64,000 nt of DNA from assembly GCF_018350175.1 (NCBI RefSeq), contig NC_058382.1, positions 51,462,001 to 51,526,000 of the forward strand, written 5' to 3'. Position 1 is the first letter of the stretch. Each line of letters opens with the position of its first letter. This document shows positions 23,039-36,507 of this stretch, in pieces. The notes under the pieces were generated by a model. It ran no database searches. It worked only from the letters and a program-made list of their open reading frames with translations, and had not been told where the DNA came from. This DNA comes from Felis catus. Taxonomy: Eukaryota. Made by a program: the position numbers and the translations under genes.

Positions 23039-23328
23039 ATCTTAAAGGATATTAATATCTTAAAGGATATTCATTTAGCAAATATCCACTAAGCGCTGTC
23101 TATGTATCACACCTTGTGTTAAGGGTTGGCACAGCCACGTGCTTTGTGCGAAGGGCTGGAACTACTTTTGTAATAATAATGATCAATAACCCATGAGCAT
23201 TAAAGGGTGCGGGGTCCTATGCTAACTCCTCACGCATACAATATTGTCTTCTATAATCTGCACAATATCTCTGTAACATCACCATCTCAAATGACAGAGT
23301 GGAAGCCCAGAAAGGCCGAGTAAGATTC

Positions 23329-23541
23329 TTTTTTTTTTTTTTAATGTTTATTTTTGAGAGTGCGTGAGCAGGAGAGGGGCGGAGAGAGAGGTGGAGAGAG
23401 AGGGAGACACAGAATCCAAAGCAGGCTCCAGGCTCTGAGCTGTCAGCGCAGAGCCTGACATGGGGCCCGAACCCACAAACCGTGAGACCGTGACCCCGGG
23501 CGAAGTCAGACGTTTAACCAACTGAGCCACCCAGGCGCCCC
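23329..23541 (-). mobile_element. Can-SINE inserted in a MIR
   Basis: TSD GGC(C/T)GAGTAAGATTCTT. Confidence 0.93.
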
Positions 23542-23687
23542 ATGGCTGAGTAAGATTCTTAAGGCAACACAGCATCTGCGTTATGTTTCCTGATTCATAA
23601 CAATTGCTCACAATTGCCTACCAGATAAAAAGCAATTGGGAATCATAGTATATACATTATAGGGCTGTTAGGCTATTTACGTTATTT

Positions 23688-23715
23688 CGTTGTTGTTGTT
23701 GTTGTTGTTGTTGTT
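23688..23715. repeat. (GTT)n microsatellite
   Basis: About 9 units. Confidence 0.9.
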
Positions 23716-23933
23716 TTGTATTTAATGACTCCACAAATAGAGTAGGCTTTTAGTTCTAAGGCTAGAACCTTAAGAATGAACTTTGCTGTGGTAGGTGGTT
23801 TTTAAAGATCCTAGATTGTCACGTGAGGTGGGAGAGGAGAAGTCTTAAAGGGGTCACGAATGTAGGGGATCTCGAATGCCAAATTATTCTTCAGGGATGA
23901 TGAACCTTTGTTGAAGATCCTCTACAGGAGAAT

Positions 23934-23935
<2 letters not shown>

Positions 23936-23980
<45 letters not shown>
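23936..23980. repeat. (TG)n microsatellite
   Basis: About 22 units. Confidence 0.95.
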
Positions 23981-23987
<7 letters not shown>

Positions 23988-25670
23988 GGAGAGGGGAACC
24001 TAACAGATGGCAGAAAACAGAGAGAATTCTGGTAGATGATGTGGATAACGAGGGCGTGGACCAAGGGACAAAGGAAACCTCTCCATTGCTCAGAACCTCA
24101 ATCTACCCCTTTCAGTAAAAGTTCCTGTTTCCTCACCCAGGTGAAGAATACCCTTGCCTTCGCATTTTACCAGGATCCTCTAAAAGGAGAAGATGTGAAA
24201 GAATCTCAGGGGTAATGTTTGGGGGGGGGGGAATGGCAGGAGCCAGAAAGTCGGAGAAACCCATCAGTCTGTGACGTGGACTTCACGTCACTGCAAGTGA
24301 AGGAGAGAGGGAATGATGCGTTGGATGGAAGCATCTTAGACTTCCGTGCCATATTAGGAAGGTTCTAGAAGCCCACTGCAGTGGCCTCAAGCCAGAGCAC
24401 ACCAGCAGAGGAGTTCCCCCGTGTTTCCCAGCAGGAGGCCTGCCTTCGTATGGCTGCTGCACCCATTCATTGGCTGGACGCAGTCCACCGGAAGTGTGGC
24501 CGTGGGGCACGTGCAGCCGTGGCAGCCGGGGCTCGGCAGCTGGGCCCTGGGTCACTAACCTGGCGTAGCTGAACGCTGGTGAGGCGTGCTCATGACCGTC
24601 CCACTCGGTACTTGCAAAGGTTTAACAGAACAAACACAAATCCTCTGCCTTCAACTCAACCGGACACGCATGTACTCAAAAGAGTTGCCCTTGGGCCAAC
24701 AGGGTGTCACTAGCCGGCCCTCCGAATTGCACTTGAGCATCACTGTGTGGAGCCAGTGAGCTCACCTGCTTGCAGGACAGGTGATAAATGCCCTTCCCTA
24801 TGTACAGTTGATCTTCTGCCACTCCGCCCCACCTCCCCCCCAGAAAGTCCTATTATTTCGTTCTGTTTCTTATTAAAACCTGTATCTTAGCTTTGACGGG
24901 CCGGCCCTCCCGTTTCTTTCTGCAGCCAGTAGGCCCAGGATAATAAGCTATAATAAAGACAGTAATCATGTGTAAACAATACCTCTCTGAGGTGAGCTCC
25001 GAGAGACGAAGGTGGCCCAGTTGTCATCCCCCTCCTGACGGTCCGGCCCATCCTCCCCACGGTGGCACCGAGGATGTGATGGGCGAGCCTGAGGGGCTGG
25101 ACCCGGGCCAGCCAGCTGGGAGTCCTTTGGTGGGACCTGAAATACTAATCAAGCAGGGCAGATGGAGGTGAGGGGCTTTCAGGATCTTACCTGAGTGCTC
25201 CGTAGGTGGCCGCAGGGCACTTGACTCCGATCCAAGAGAGGCACCTGGCTTCAAGCTGGCGTGGAGCCAGTTTCAGAGGGTAAGCTTGCTGTGAACGACG
25301 GTGTCTGGGCTCAATTCATGCTTTATTGTTGTGTGTCTCTTTATAGCTAATTCCTCAGTGAAAGATGTTTGAAACCTAAGCCTCCCTCCCCTCCCTCCAC
25401 GCTTTTGTTTCAGTTGCAGGCACTTGTCCCTGTTGAGAATCACGAGAGTCCTGCTAGTGAGTAAAATCCCTGCTGGAAACTGAGTCCCCAAGCCATGCCA
25501 GGCACAGTTGTAGAAATATGGGAGCTTCTCCCAAGGCTGGAAACAACTTGGGAGGAGCAAAGCTGACCCTTTCCTGTAGCATCCAAGGCTATGCCTCGTG
25601 CAGTAAATGAAGAAGGAACGATTTCTCAAAAATGGAAGAAGTGTCTTCAAAAATGTATATGGTCTCGTAC

Positions 25671-25829
25671 TGTGGTTCTGGAAGTCTGGTCTCACCAGGA
25701 AGCTCATTAGAAATGCAGAGTTTTGACACACCCACGCCTACTGAATCAGAAATGCTGGGGGCGGGAGCCAGCACGCTTTATAAGTTCTCCAGGTGATCGT
25801 GATCCTCACCAATGTTTGAGAATCCCTGC
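25671..25829 (+). mobile_element. MER5A DNA transposon
   Basis: 'cattagaaatgcaga...cctactgaatcagaa...ccaggtgat...gtttgagaatccctg'. Confidence 0.75.
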
Positions 25830-25899
25830 ATTAGAGACGGAGATTGTTTCTTGCCCAATAACTAGAACACAAGACAGTTTGTTTAATCATGTCGTAATC

Positions 25900-26990
25900 C
25901 TGTCGTGCCTCCTCACGATGTACTTATTCAAATATGTACCGAACCACTACAATATTCTAGCTCTACGCTAGGCATAGGCGGGCATAAGGGTAAATACAGA
26001 GACGTGGTCCTTGTTCTCCTGAGCTTAACTTCTAGTAAAAAGAATGGATATTCATCAAACACACACACACATGCACACAGGTAACTGTACGGGCACCAAT
26101 TATTTAAAGTGCTTTCAACAAAATTTACAGACCTAATCCAGTACGGGAAATTGAGAAATGCTTTGGCGAGGAAGAGAAATAAAGCTGAGAAATAAAGGCA
26201 GCATAGACAGTATGGTGGTAAACTTTGGAAAAGAGATGACTTTTCAGGCCATCAGCCATACGTCAAGGTCTTGCATGAGGCTGAAGGTAGCTGGTTGAAG
26301 GACCTGATGGAGAATCAGGGTGGCCCAGGCGCAGAGATCAAAGGGCAAACAGTCACCAGACAGGTTGCGCAAAATAGCATTGGAACCGTGTTAGACTGTT
26401 GGTCTCTTACCAGATCCATGCCATCCACTGAAATATGTGAAGACAGGGATGGAGCGAAATCTGCTCTTTTTGGGGGGAAGAGCATTTGGAGCAATCCCAC
26501 TCTGGCTGATGTGCAGGGAACGGATGGGAGAATGGATTAGGAAGTACAAGTGGGAGGGCAATGCAGTTGTCCAGGCCAGAGATGAGGTAGGGGGACCAGG
26601 GTGGTGGAAGTGGAGATCTAGAAACATGGAATGGGGAGGTGTCGGCAAGATCCATCACCAAGTCCTGAGGTGAGGGAGACAAAGGTGTCCAGAATGAGCG
26701 TGGTTTCTGGCTTGCATGGCGAGAGGAAATGAGGATCCCTTTCAAGGAAGCAGCATCTCTGAAAAGCATCAGATTTGGGACAGGGTTGGGGTGGGGGTGG
26801 GGGGTGAGACAAAAGAATTAAGTTTTTAAAATGTTGAGTCTTAACTGTCCTTGAGACTTACAGTTGTCAGCCTGGAGTCGGATCTGAGGGAAAAGATTTG
26901 GGTTGGAAATCTCAAAATGTGAAGTGACACCCACATTGAGGTCTCAGGGTTGAAGCACACCAGTGAAAGAGTCTAGAGTGAGAAATAGGT
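25900..26990. mobile_element. L2 relic
   Basis: L2-like phrases 'tgcagttgtccaggccagagatg', 'gtttctggcttg', 'aatgttgagtctt'. Confidence 0.55.
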
Positions 26991-27676
26991 CTCAGGATCC
27001 CTCCTAGAGTGACCCCACTATGTGGGACTCAACACCTGGGGCTCAGTAAAAACTTGTATAAAGTTTTTATACAATAAAATAAAGCTCTGGCTCTTCCATC
27101 AAAACAAGTTACTCGTTCCTTCCAAGCTGGTTAAATGTGAAGAGAAGTGTGTTCCTCCATCTGTGAATGGGAGGAAAGCGGTCCATGCCTCACACATATA
27201 TTTTGAGGATTCTAACGACGTAACATCTTGCCCATCAAATGCTCAACAAACCTTAGTGATTGTTGCCCTGTGCAAGGCACAGGAAAGACTCTTAATATTA
27301 TTTATGGAATTATTGCATGAATAAATCCTTGACTAGATAATGTTCTCAATCTTTCTCATAGGATTATTTTTTTTTTTTGAGCTCCAATTTGAGGAAAGCT
27401 GGAAGGGGGGGTCCAAGGAAGGGAGTGTGTTTGAGTTTTGCCTTCCATCCAGTAAACTTGGGCATTCACTTTAAGCCTCTATCTTTATTGGAAAAACTGG
27501 AAAAGACTGAGGCATGATTTCATCCTAGCAAAAAAAAAAAATTTTTTTTAAAGACAGATTAGACTATCTTTGTTATGTTGCTTTCTCTAAGGACATGTTA
27601 CCTTATATTACACGTATCGGGATCGATTAGGCCAATTACTTCATCCGACCTTTCTCACCATACATACTTATCATAT

Positions 27677-27882
27677 TTTTTTATGTTTATTTTTGAAAGA
27701 GACAGACAGACAGACAGAGCATGAGTGGGGTAGGGGCAGAGAGAAAAGAAAGAGAATTGGAAACAGGCTCCAGGCCCTGAGCTGTCAGCACCAAGCCCAA
27801 TGCAGAGCTCGAACCCACAAACCGTGAGATCATGACCTGAGCTGCAGTTGGACGCCTAACCAACTTAGCCACCCAGGAACCA
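27677..27882 (-). mobile_element. Can-SINE
   Basis: Reverse-complement body. TSD-like ACTTATCA. Confidence 0.9.
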
Positions 27883-28539
27883 CTACACTTATCACTTTTA
27901 AAAATGTATATTACTAAAACACGTGTATTACTTTGGAAGATCTCATTTCTTTCAGAGCTATAATCTGTAACGCACTTTTACGATGAAATTAAAAGGCAAT
28001 CTTCAGGAGTTGTAAGAGACTCCAAAATGGCGGGACAAACGGGTGTGTTTCTAGAGGTGATCTGAGACAGGTTTTTTAAAAACCAAACAAAACAAAAATC
28101 CAGGGTTGAGACAGGAAGGCAAATGTATTAAATGATTAATGACATTATGACCTCTTTGGATAGAAATGAGTATATTCCTGGGGTCAACTGAAGGAATTTC
28201 ACTTTCTCTTGGCTTAGCCTTCTGAGAACAGGGGAATAGTATGCCATGATGCCATGTCCTGAGATGTGACATGAAGATTATTAACTCCAAACATGTCCCC
28301 AGCCAACAACCGCAAGTTGGCTCTACCTTGGAGGAAGTCTTGGAACCAGGAATATCTCCAGAAATCTCATCAATTTCAAGGGGACAATCCTGATGAACGA
28401 TATAACCTGGCAAGGACTCGAAAAGCTTCACTCCTGTGATTTCAGGCACCACCATCCCTCTGAAACACACTCCTCTTCACCTTTGAACTAAGCTGTCGTG
28501 GAATTCACAGCATCTTGGAAACTCGATGATAATGAGAAG

Positions 28540-28770
28540 AATCCCCAATAACTAGAATTTAGGGGGTACTTCCTGTGTGCTGAGAACCATCCTAAGCATT
28601 TACGTGCGTCGGCCATTGACTCCTCTCAATCCCACAGGGAAGGTACTGTTGTTCTCCCCACATTACAGAACAAGAAACGGAGGCACAAAGAGATCAAATA
28701 ATTTACCCAAGGCCCCTTGACTAGTGAATGAAGGAGCTGGGATTAAGATAAAGGCTTATCGGGCTCTAGA
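28540..28770. mobile_element. MIR
   Basis: MIR core 'cattacaga...gaaacggaggcacaaagag...ttacccaagg...gagctgggatt'. Confidence 0.7.
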
Positions 28771-31080
28771 CTAAACTCCCAAGTTCAGAGGAACCAGGAA
28801 GCAGTATTGTATATGTCTCCCTCTCCCTCCCTCCAGCCAATAAATAATAACTTCCCCCTTGCTGAAAAAATTCAAGGAAGATTATATAGTCATATAGATA
28901 GATACAAAAATTGGGTAAATTTGAAGGAAAATAAAGCAGGAGGTATCATGATCACCATTGTTAAGGAATACGGAAATGACATCAGCAGAAAAACTAAAAA
29001 TGGAAGGAATTTTGGAAACTGAGTCCAGTAGCTTCTTTGCTGCCTCCTATTTGTTTTACCTTTTTTTTTTTTTTTTTTTTTTTTCTTTTTGGCCAAATCT
29101 GTGTGCCACCCGAACTATTCACTACCGTTTATGGAACATGATTCCCTTCACAAACTTTACAACGGTTTTATCAAATGTGACTATATTAATTGTTTAAAAC
29201 ATCAAGCTGTATGAAAAAAAATTGAATTCTCTACGCGCCCGCGCCCCCGCCCCCGAAGCTTCTGGAGTGCCCGCAAAGGAATGCACTCCCCATGTAGGAG
29301 ACTCCTGTTAGAATCCAAGGGAAGGCAGGAGAGCAGACAAAAGAAAGCAAAACAATGGCCTGGAGACGTGGTGGCTCCAGACCTCTCATCTCCAACCTCT
29401 TTTTTCAACTTCCCGGAGGAATCCCCATAGGGCACGTCTCGGTTGCCTGGGAAACTCTGGTCTGCAGAACCTGACCACGTGTTATCCTGTGACATATGGA
29501 AGGGCCTGCTAGCCACACCAAGGACCTGTCATAGACACATTACCCGAAGCCTGGACATTTTGTGTACAATGAGCTCCGAATTTAAACTGCAAAAAGTTAC
29601 CCGGCAGGAAGAGAAGGTATCACGGAACAAAATGCCAAATGTTCTAAATGCGACCGTGGATTTAAGAATCTATAACACTGAAGTCTCATGTATACGGGCA
29701 AAAAAAAAAAAAAAAAAGCAGCAAAGCCCAAATATTTAGTTACAACAAAAGGAAACATCTCGTCAGTTCTGCTCCAGGGTCTTCTCTGTGGTCCAATTAA
29801 TCAAATAAGAATGGATCCAAAACTGGTAGCCACTTGCCAAGCCTACAAAAAGAAAAAAAAAAAAAAGTCTGATTCTGATTATTATATAAACAACTCCCAA
29901 AAAAGGAAGCGTTAGGAGGAAAGACAAACATTTTCTTCCCCTGAATTGCAGCGTCTTGAATTCCTCCCATGAGTTGGTGGCAGGAAAAGACTGAACTAGC
30001 TAGAAATTGAGGTTGTATCAAATCGTATTTTATTCCAAATAAGAGATATCAAAATGTCTAAGTGGCCTCTTAAACATGTAAGGGTTATTGCTCCGCCTTA
30101 CGCTTTAAAGACCAGAATTACGACACATTCTTGGGTGATACGGGTTGGGTTATATATTTCTTTACAGGATCCTATAAATTAGTTTTCTCCTCAATGTGAA
30201 AGCTTCAAAGCAAACACTAATGAATTCAATTTTTATTTCACCATCTTTTTCAGGATTCTTTGTTCCATAAGCCAGAAGTCTGGGTTAAGCAACCACAAGG
30301 CCTCCTTCGTGGTGATAAGAATCTACAGACCTAGAGCACAGTTCTAACCCTAATGGCCGCTTACTGTCAGGAGGAGAATTTTCCATTTTTCCTCTCTGAT
30401 CCCTACAGTCATCACAGGTAGAGGGGTGACACTCCCATGACTGCTGAGCATATAAAGGAAATCGTGAGGTGGGACCTCTTTGTGGTTGGAGACAAAAAGA
30501 AAATCCAGAAGGGTCACCCATCAAGTTCCCAAACAAGCTCTCCTCTGGGGAATGCGGAGGTGTGGGGATGTGTGTTGGGATGAGGCTTGATACATGGTAT
30601 GGTAGAGGATTCCCAGTTTGAATTGTACATACTTCCAAGCCACGCGAATATGTTAAAAATGGACACGCCTCAGGTATAAATGTCAATGATTAAACAAACA
30701 TTGAAGAATTAAACTGGCAAGAAGACCAACGGTGCCCATGGAAGGGGTTCTTGGTTCTTGATTTGTATCCTGAATCAAGTGATACCAACTGGAATCCAAC
30801 AGGTACGTCCTTCCCCACGACGGCTGACTGGATCCTGAGGTAAGAGGGCAGGTGGGTGGGGGAGGGGGCCTGGGAAAGACAGCACCTCAGATATTGTGGC
30901 CCGCCCCCGCCTCAAGTTGCCACACGGAGCAGCTTGATATCCTTGCTTGAAGAATTGAAGAACAGAAAAGAGAAAGAAAATGTTAAGTCTCTCTGTTTAT
31001 CGTAACTATAATCAGTTGTATTACTATCAGTCATTAACATTTATTAAGAGTTTGCTGTGACCTAGGAATGGTGCTTAGGG

Positions 31081-31293
31081 TTTTTTAATTTTAGTTATTT
31101 ATTTTGAGAGAGAGAATGAGCATGAGTTGGGGGGAGGAGCAGAGAGAGAGAGGAAGACGGACAGAACCCCAAGCAGGCTCCAAACCATCAGCGTGGAGCC
31201 TGACACGGGGCTCGAACTCACAGACCTCAGGATCATGACCTGAGCCAAAATCAAGAGTCGGACGCTTAACTGACTGAGCCACCCAGGTGCCCC
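31081..31293 (-). mobile_element. Can-SINE within a MIR
   Basis: Typical body with MIR-like flanks. Confidence 0.9.
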
Positions 31294-31564
31294 AAGGATT
31301 TCTTTTAAATGAATGTCTCATTCGTTGTTCACACGAGTGTTTGAAGAAGGCATTTTTATTACCTCCGTTTGCAGGTGGGAAAAGTGATAGTGGAAAGGTG
31401 AGGCCAGTGGTCACTGGGCCAGTAAATTGCAGAGCTGGAAACTAAATTCCAGCAATCTGGAAAGGTGCATGGGATTCAGGAACTCAAAAGTACCGAAGCA
31501 GAGAGGTTGGCAAATTGGTCCTTTCTCAGGACCAAGGGTGGAAGTTCTCGCGGGCTTGACTTAT

Positions 31565-33200
31565 AGACTCATAGAATTTTTAGCGTTGGAAGGGATGGTC
31601 CAGGTCTTTGAGCTCAACCACTTTATCAGAAAGAGATAAGGAATCCTTTCCACATGTCCATAGATGACCTTCTATTCTTTGCTTAAATAGCTCCAGTAAA
31701 AGGAAATTTAAGATTCATATGGACAGATCTTTGCACTGTTGGATAAAACTACTCACTAAACTCATTAAAACTCCTCATTAACTTAAGCAGAAGCTGCTTG
31801 CTCTAAGAAATTACACCAAACGCTTTAGTTCTTGTATCTGGAAACCCATATAATTAAGTCTCGTTCCTATTCTACATGCAAATGTTTGAAATATATGAGG
31901 ACAATGCATGTGTTCTCAATAAAATTGGATGGCTTCCCTGGAGAAGAAAGTAGTATAGGTTTAGGCAACTTAAAGTTCTGGACTCAAATCTCACTTTGGC
32001 CCTTTGCTGGTTATTAATCTTTGGGCAACTTCATCAAATTCTGAGTCTTAATCTCCTCATCAATTGATGAACACAGTGTCCAGGCCATAGGGCTCTTGAG
32101 GAGTAAAACAGAAAAGTTCCCAGCATAGCACAGTACCAGGCACAGAATAAGAATCTAGCACCCGCTGGCTTTCTTCCCCCTTTCATTCTTTTGTTGACCT
32201 TCCTCTGATTTCTCTAAATCTTTTTTAAAAAATTTTTAAATGTTTTTTTTTGTTTTGAAGGAGAGAGAGAGCATAAACAGGGGAGGAGAAGTGAGAGAGG
32301 GAGACACAGGATCCAAAGTGGGCTCCAGGCTCTGAGCTGTCAGCACAGAGCCCGATGTGGGGCTCAAACCCGCGAGCTGTGAGATCATGACCTGAGCCGA
32401 AGTTGGACGCTCAACTGACTGAGCCACCCAGGCGCCCCTAAATCTTTTTTTAACAAACCTCCTGAAATGTGAGGCTCCCAGCTACACACAATACTGTAGA
32501 TGTCCCTGATACAAAGAAGGTGGGCCTGTCAGACCCCAAGCCATAAACACTGACTTTTTATTTTAATGTCCTTATCATTCCAAAGATCCTTATTTGCCTT
32601 AGAAATGGATGAAACAACAACAACAAAAAAAATCACACCTCTTTTCCCTGATCTCTAACCAAGTCTCACGTCTCTCATGGTAAGCGTACTGATTTTACCA
32701 TTAGTCGGAAAAGTAAGACTTCCTTTTCTCCCTGTTGATTTCATTGTGTCCTTGGGTCTGTCGTCTACACAATTAGCAATCCCTTCCCACGTTGTGGGAG
32801 CTGAAGATATGGTAAGCATACTTTCAACCCAAGTGGCTGATAAACAGTGACAAACAGGACAGACCCGGAGAGTGATCCGCATGTCACTCTGCGGCAGACC
32901 TCCCACCAAGTTGACAAGAAGTCATTAATCAAGCTCCTCAGTCATGTATGATTGTGTTCTGAAGCCCTATAATCTAGTTCCCATGTCATAACCCCGCATA
33001 CACGACTATCAGGGAAACTTTATCAAATGCTTCTCTAAAAGCAGGATGCAATTGTCCCCCTGCTCCTCCAGCCTCAAGGTAAAGCCATCAACATCGTATG
33101 TGGAGTCATTCTGGTAGAGAAATACAAACTGCATTCGTTTCAACACGCATTTGTAAACGCTCATCAATTTAATAATCGGCACCAGCCTCTTTAGACACGA
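31565..33200 (-). mobile_element. L3/CR1 non-LTR retrotransposon fossil (RT region and 3' end), interrupted by a SINE and a MIR
   Basis: 3'-end-like 'tcatagaatttt...ttggaaggga'. Minus-strand peptides AFDKVS (33013-33030), GLPQ and VESMLTISS..TTWEGIANCVDDR resemble CR1 RT motifs DFSKAFD, GVPQGS and KFADDTKLGGVAN, in the right order. Confidence 0.7.
32221..32438 (-). mobile_element. Can-SINE
   Basis: TSD CTAAATCTTTTTT. Confidence 0.93.
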
Positions 33201-33949
33201 TTGCTTCTCTTTAAAAAGGTTGAGTCACTTCTTTGGTTTTCAGAAGTGACTTAACTTGTCCCCGTTTGAGAACATTCGGGTATTTCTAATCTAACGGCAC
33301 CCTCCCAATTCTCTAGTAAAATTCAATATTTAGAGGAAATGATGCTCATGAATCTTCAGACCGCACAATTGTTTTTGCAAGCCCCAAAGGAAGATATCTG
33401 CTGCTATGCGTGTGAGCACTATCTCCTTTCCTAGCTAGGAAAGTTTCCGCTTTTCGAAAATTTATTTGATCTTCTCTTTGTTATTAGAAGACAGAGTGAT
33501 GGAGTTTCATTTCGGACCAGCAAGAGAGGAATGGACGTCACATGAACAATACCTTATGTCTTTGTTTATTTTATCAAACAAATCTGAGCGCGCCTTCCTT
33601 CTGTCGATTCTAGTTTATTTACCTTCTGAAATGAGAAAATTGGTGTACAAAGCTTTAGGAGAAATCTTTACCTAGCCACAAGTTTCTTGCACTTCAGCTC
33701 AATAACTAAAAAAAACCAGTTTTTGTCATGTTTTCCCTATTTGCAATCACTGATATGCTTTTACATTCCCACTTTAAAACTAGTATCAAAATACACCCTC
33801 GTTTGTGCTGTACCAGTGGTAACGTTTAAGCAAAGAGTGATGTATCAGCTGCACAGACGATCCTGTAGATCTCAAAACATTGAGAGTCCAACAACTACGT
33901 AACTTTCGCATTTCATTTTTGTAAATGGGAAAAAAAAATCTTGTCTAGA

Positions 33950-34406
33950 CAGATGGTCCCTGACTTTACAACGAGTCAGCTTATGATTTTTTTTTTTTTT
34001 TTTTGAATTTTGAATTTGGATCACGTTCCCAGGCCAGGAACCTGTGGTCTGATGCTGCTCACGACGCTGGACGGCAGCCTCAGCCCCCCATCGACCAGGC
34101 AACCGTGAGTGTGAACAACCGAAACACTGACAACCATCTGTACCCATAAAGCCATTCTGGTTTTCGCTGCACTGTAGTATTCGGTAAATTACATGAGATA
34201 TTCAACACTTTGGTATAAAACAGGTTTTGGGCGAGATGATTTTGCCCAACTGTAGGCTAACGCAAGTGTTCTGAGCCCATTCAAGATAGGCTAGGCTAAC
34301 CCATGAGGTTCAGTGGGTTAAATGTATTAAGTGCACCTTCAACTTACGATATTTCCAGTGCGGGCTTTATCAGGATATAACCTCATTGTAAGTGGAGAAA
34401 GATTTG
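33950..34406 (-). mobile_element. MER47/Tigger5-type Tc1-mariner non-autonomous element
   Basis: TIR-like ends CAGATGGTCCCTGACTT... / ...TAAGTGGAGAAAGATTTG followed by TA. Internal 'gatgattttgcccaactgtaggctaa', 'taggctaggctaa'. Confidence 0.8.
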
Positions 34407-35901
34407 TACTAGTAAAGAATTGCCTTTTAGCTACTGGAATTATTTCTTTGATATTAACTCCCATGAGACAGAAAATTGAGTCATAATGATTATTTTTGTT
34501 CCTCTTCATGGATATTACCATTTGGGCTTCTAATAATTTACAGGGCTACCACTCGTGCACAAATATGTTGTTTAAAACTGCAACTTCATTATATGTACTG
34601 TTGATTTTTCAAGAATTCTGTTCTAGTAGAGAGTCTTCTCTTTGGTATTGTCCCATCCAGCCTTCCATTTGGGGCTGTGGGTATTTGGACAGTCTACAAA
34701 TCGTGATATCGATAGGATTTCCCCAGTGGTAAACTAAAAAGAAATGTGCTTGACTCAGTTTTATCCCTCTCCTTTGGAAAGAGTGCAATTAGATTTTTCT
34801 TACGTGACAGCGTTGCGTCATCTTTTTTTCTAGAATATCCACCAGCGCTGGCCCCTCTAATGTTAACGTTATTACAGTTATGCAGAAACCAACAATGGCA
34901 GCTCTCAACCTGGCAAAAGTACGTGCAAACCGTTTTCAAAATTCACTGAATTGGTCTTCCCTAACAAAATTATTGAGAATACATTTCTTGCAGGCACGCT
35001 AGGTGCCATGATACAGGCAAAGGGGAGTCAAACATGACGCTTATATTCAGAAACATGCAATTGAGGAAGGATAAGAAAGAAAGAAAAGAAAGCACAGATA
35101 TTGGGGGCAGAATATGCAAAATGCCCTGCGTGTACGAGATGCTATGAGCAAAGGTTGGAGAAACGAATTTGGGATTTAAAATTTCCTGCTTGGGGCAGGA
35201 AGGGGAGCTGGAGCTCCTGGTGATGAACACTTATCAGAACCCAAAGGAAACGTTTTCTCTGCTGCTTAAGTTAGAAAACAGGGCCAAACAAGGTTGATTC
35301 CTAAGGAATCAGACCAAAACTCTTCTCCCTAGAGAAGGGTCTTCTCCGATAGTGTGTTTTCTAAAGCAGAGATTGTGCTGAGCGACGCAACTCTTTGGGG
35401 TCTGTGCTGTGGGAGAATGCAGTGTTTGGGGCGTGTTTGCTTTTGGGTGGTGCTTTCCCAAGAAGGAGAGTTTGGTCTGGGGTCCAAAAGGACTCTGAGA
35501 ATGGGGCTGGTTCACAAGCCTGTACAAGTGGGACGTGACTTGTACACCGAGCCACCACTGTGTTTTGTGAGCCGACACTAGGGTCCATGAAAGACAACTT
35601 GTTTTTTTCGATGTTTCTCAGGCGAGTCTGCCCAAGACCAAGCATCTGAATCTTCTTGTTGGCCCTGGAAGCCCAGAAATCCCACCGTGGCCAGCCCCAG
35701 GTCTGGAGAATGGAATGTAAGCACCGTATCCCTCCCCAGGACAGCTGATCTGCGTGTCTGCCACTGTACCCAGCAAGAGAGGTTGTTTATTGATCTCGCA
35801 TAATTCTGGGAACCTGCATTCTAGGGAGCTTGTCAATATACTGATCAAATTAATATGTCCTTTGATTACCCCCTCATGGCTGTCAAAGAATCCACAAATT
35901 T

Positions 35902-35933
<32 letters not shown>
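35902..35933. repeat. (GATA)n tetranucleotide repeat
   Basis: About 8 units. Confidence 0.9.
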
Positions 35934-35934
<1 letters not shown>

Positions 35935-36119
35935 ATCACATCCACCCCAACCCTTTACCTTTTCTCCCACTAGAGATAAGATACTGAGTCATTCAATTTG
36001 GCTGGTTAACCTTGACGTGCATAATCCAATTTGCATCCAAAGGACGTTGACAGACCTGGGTGCCAATCTTGTCTCTGCCAAGTGCCCTGGCTTTAAGTGG
36101 GTCGTTTCCCACTTGAATT

Positions 36120-36478
36120 TTCTCCCAGATCTTTAAATAACTGGTCCTTTCTAATCAGTCAGGTGCCAGCTGAAATATCAAGTCCTCAGGGAGGGCTTCC
36201 CTGATCACTGGATTGATCTCTCCCCTACTCACTATTCCATCTATTCTATTCTGGCATTTCATTTTCTACATTTTAAGTTTATTCCATTTTTCACCATAGA
36301 ACTTGTTCCTATCAAATATTACCTCATTTATTTGTTTATTTCCTGTCTCCTTTAACAAGAAATTAGGCTTCATGTGGGCAGGAGCATTTTCTGTCCTACT
36401 TATCTAGTGCCTGGCACATTGTTGGCCATAGGGTAAGCAGTCAGTGAATATTTATGGAAGACAGAATTAAATGAATGG
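36120..36478. mobile_element. L2 3' end
   Basis: 'cttcatgtgggcagga...tagtgcctggcaca...tgaatattt...aatgaatg'. Confidence 0.7.
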
Positions 36479-36507
36479 GAGCTGGCAATGGTTATTGGAT
36501 ACGACAC

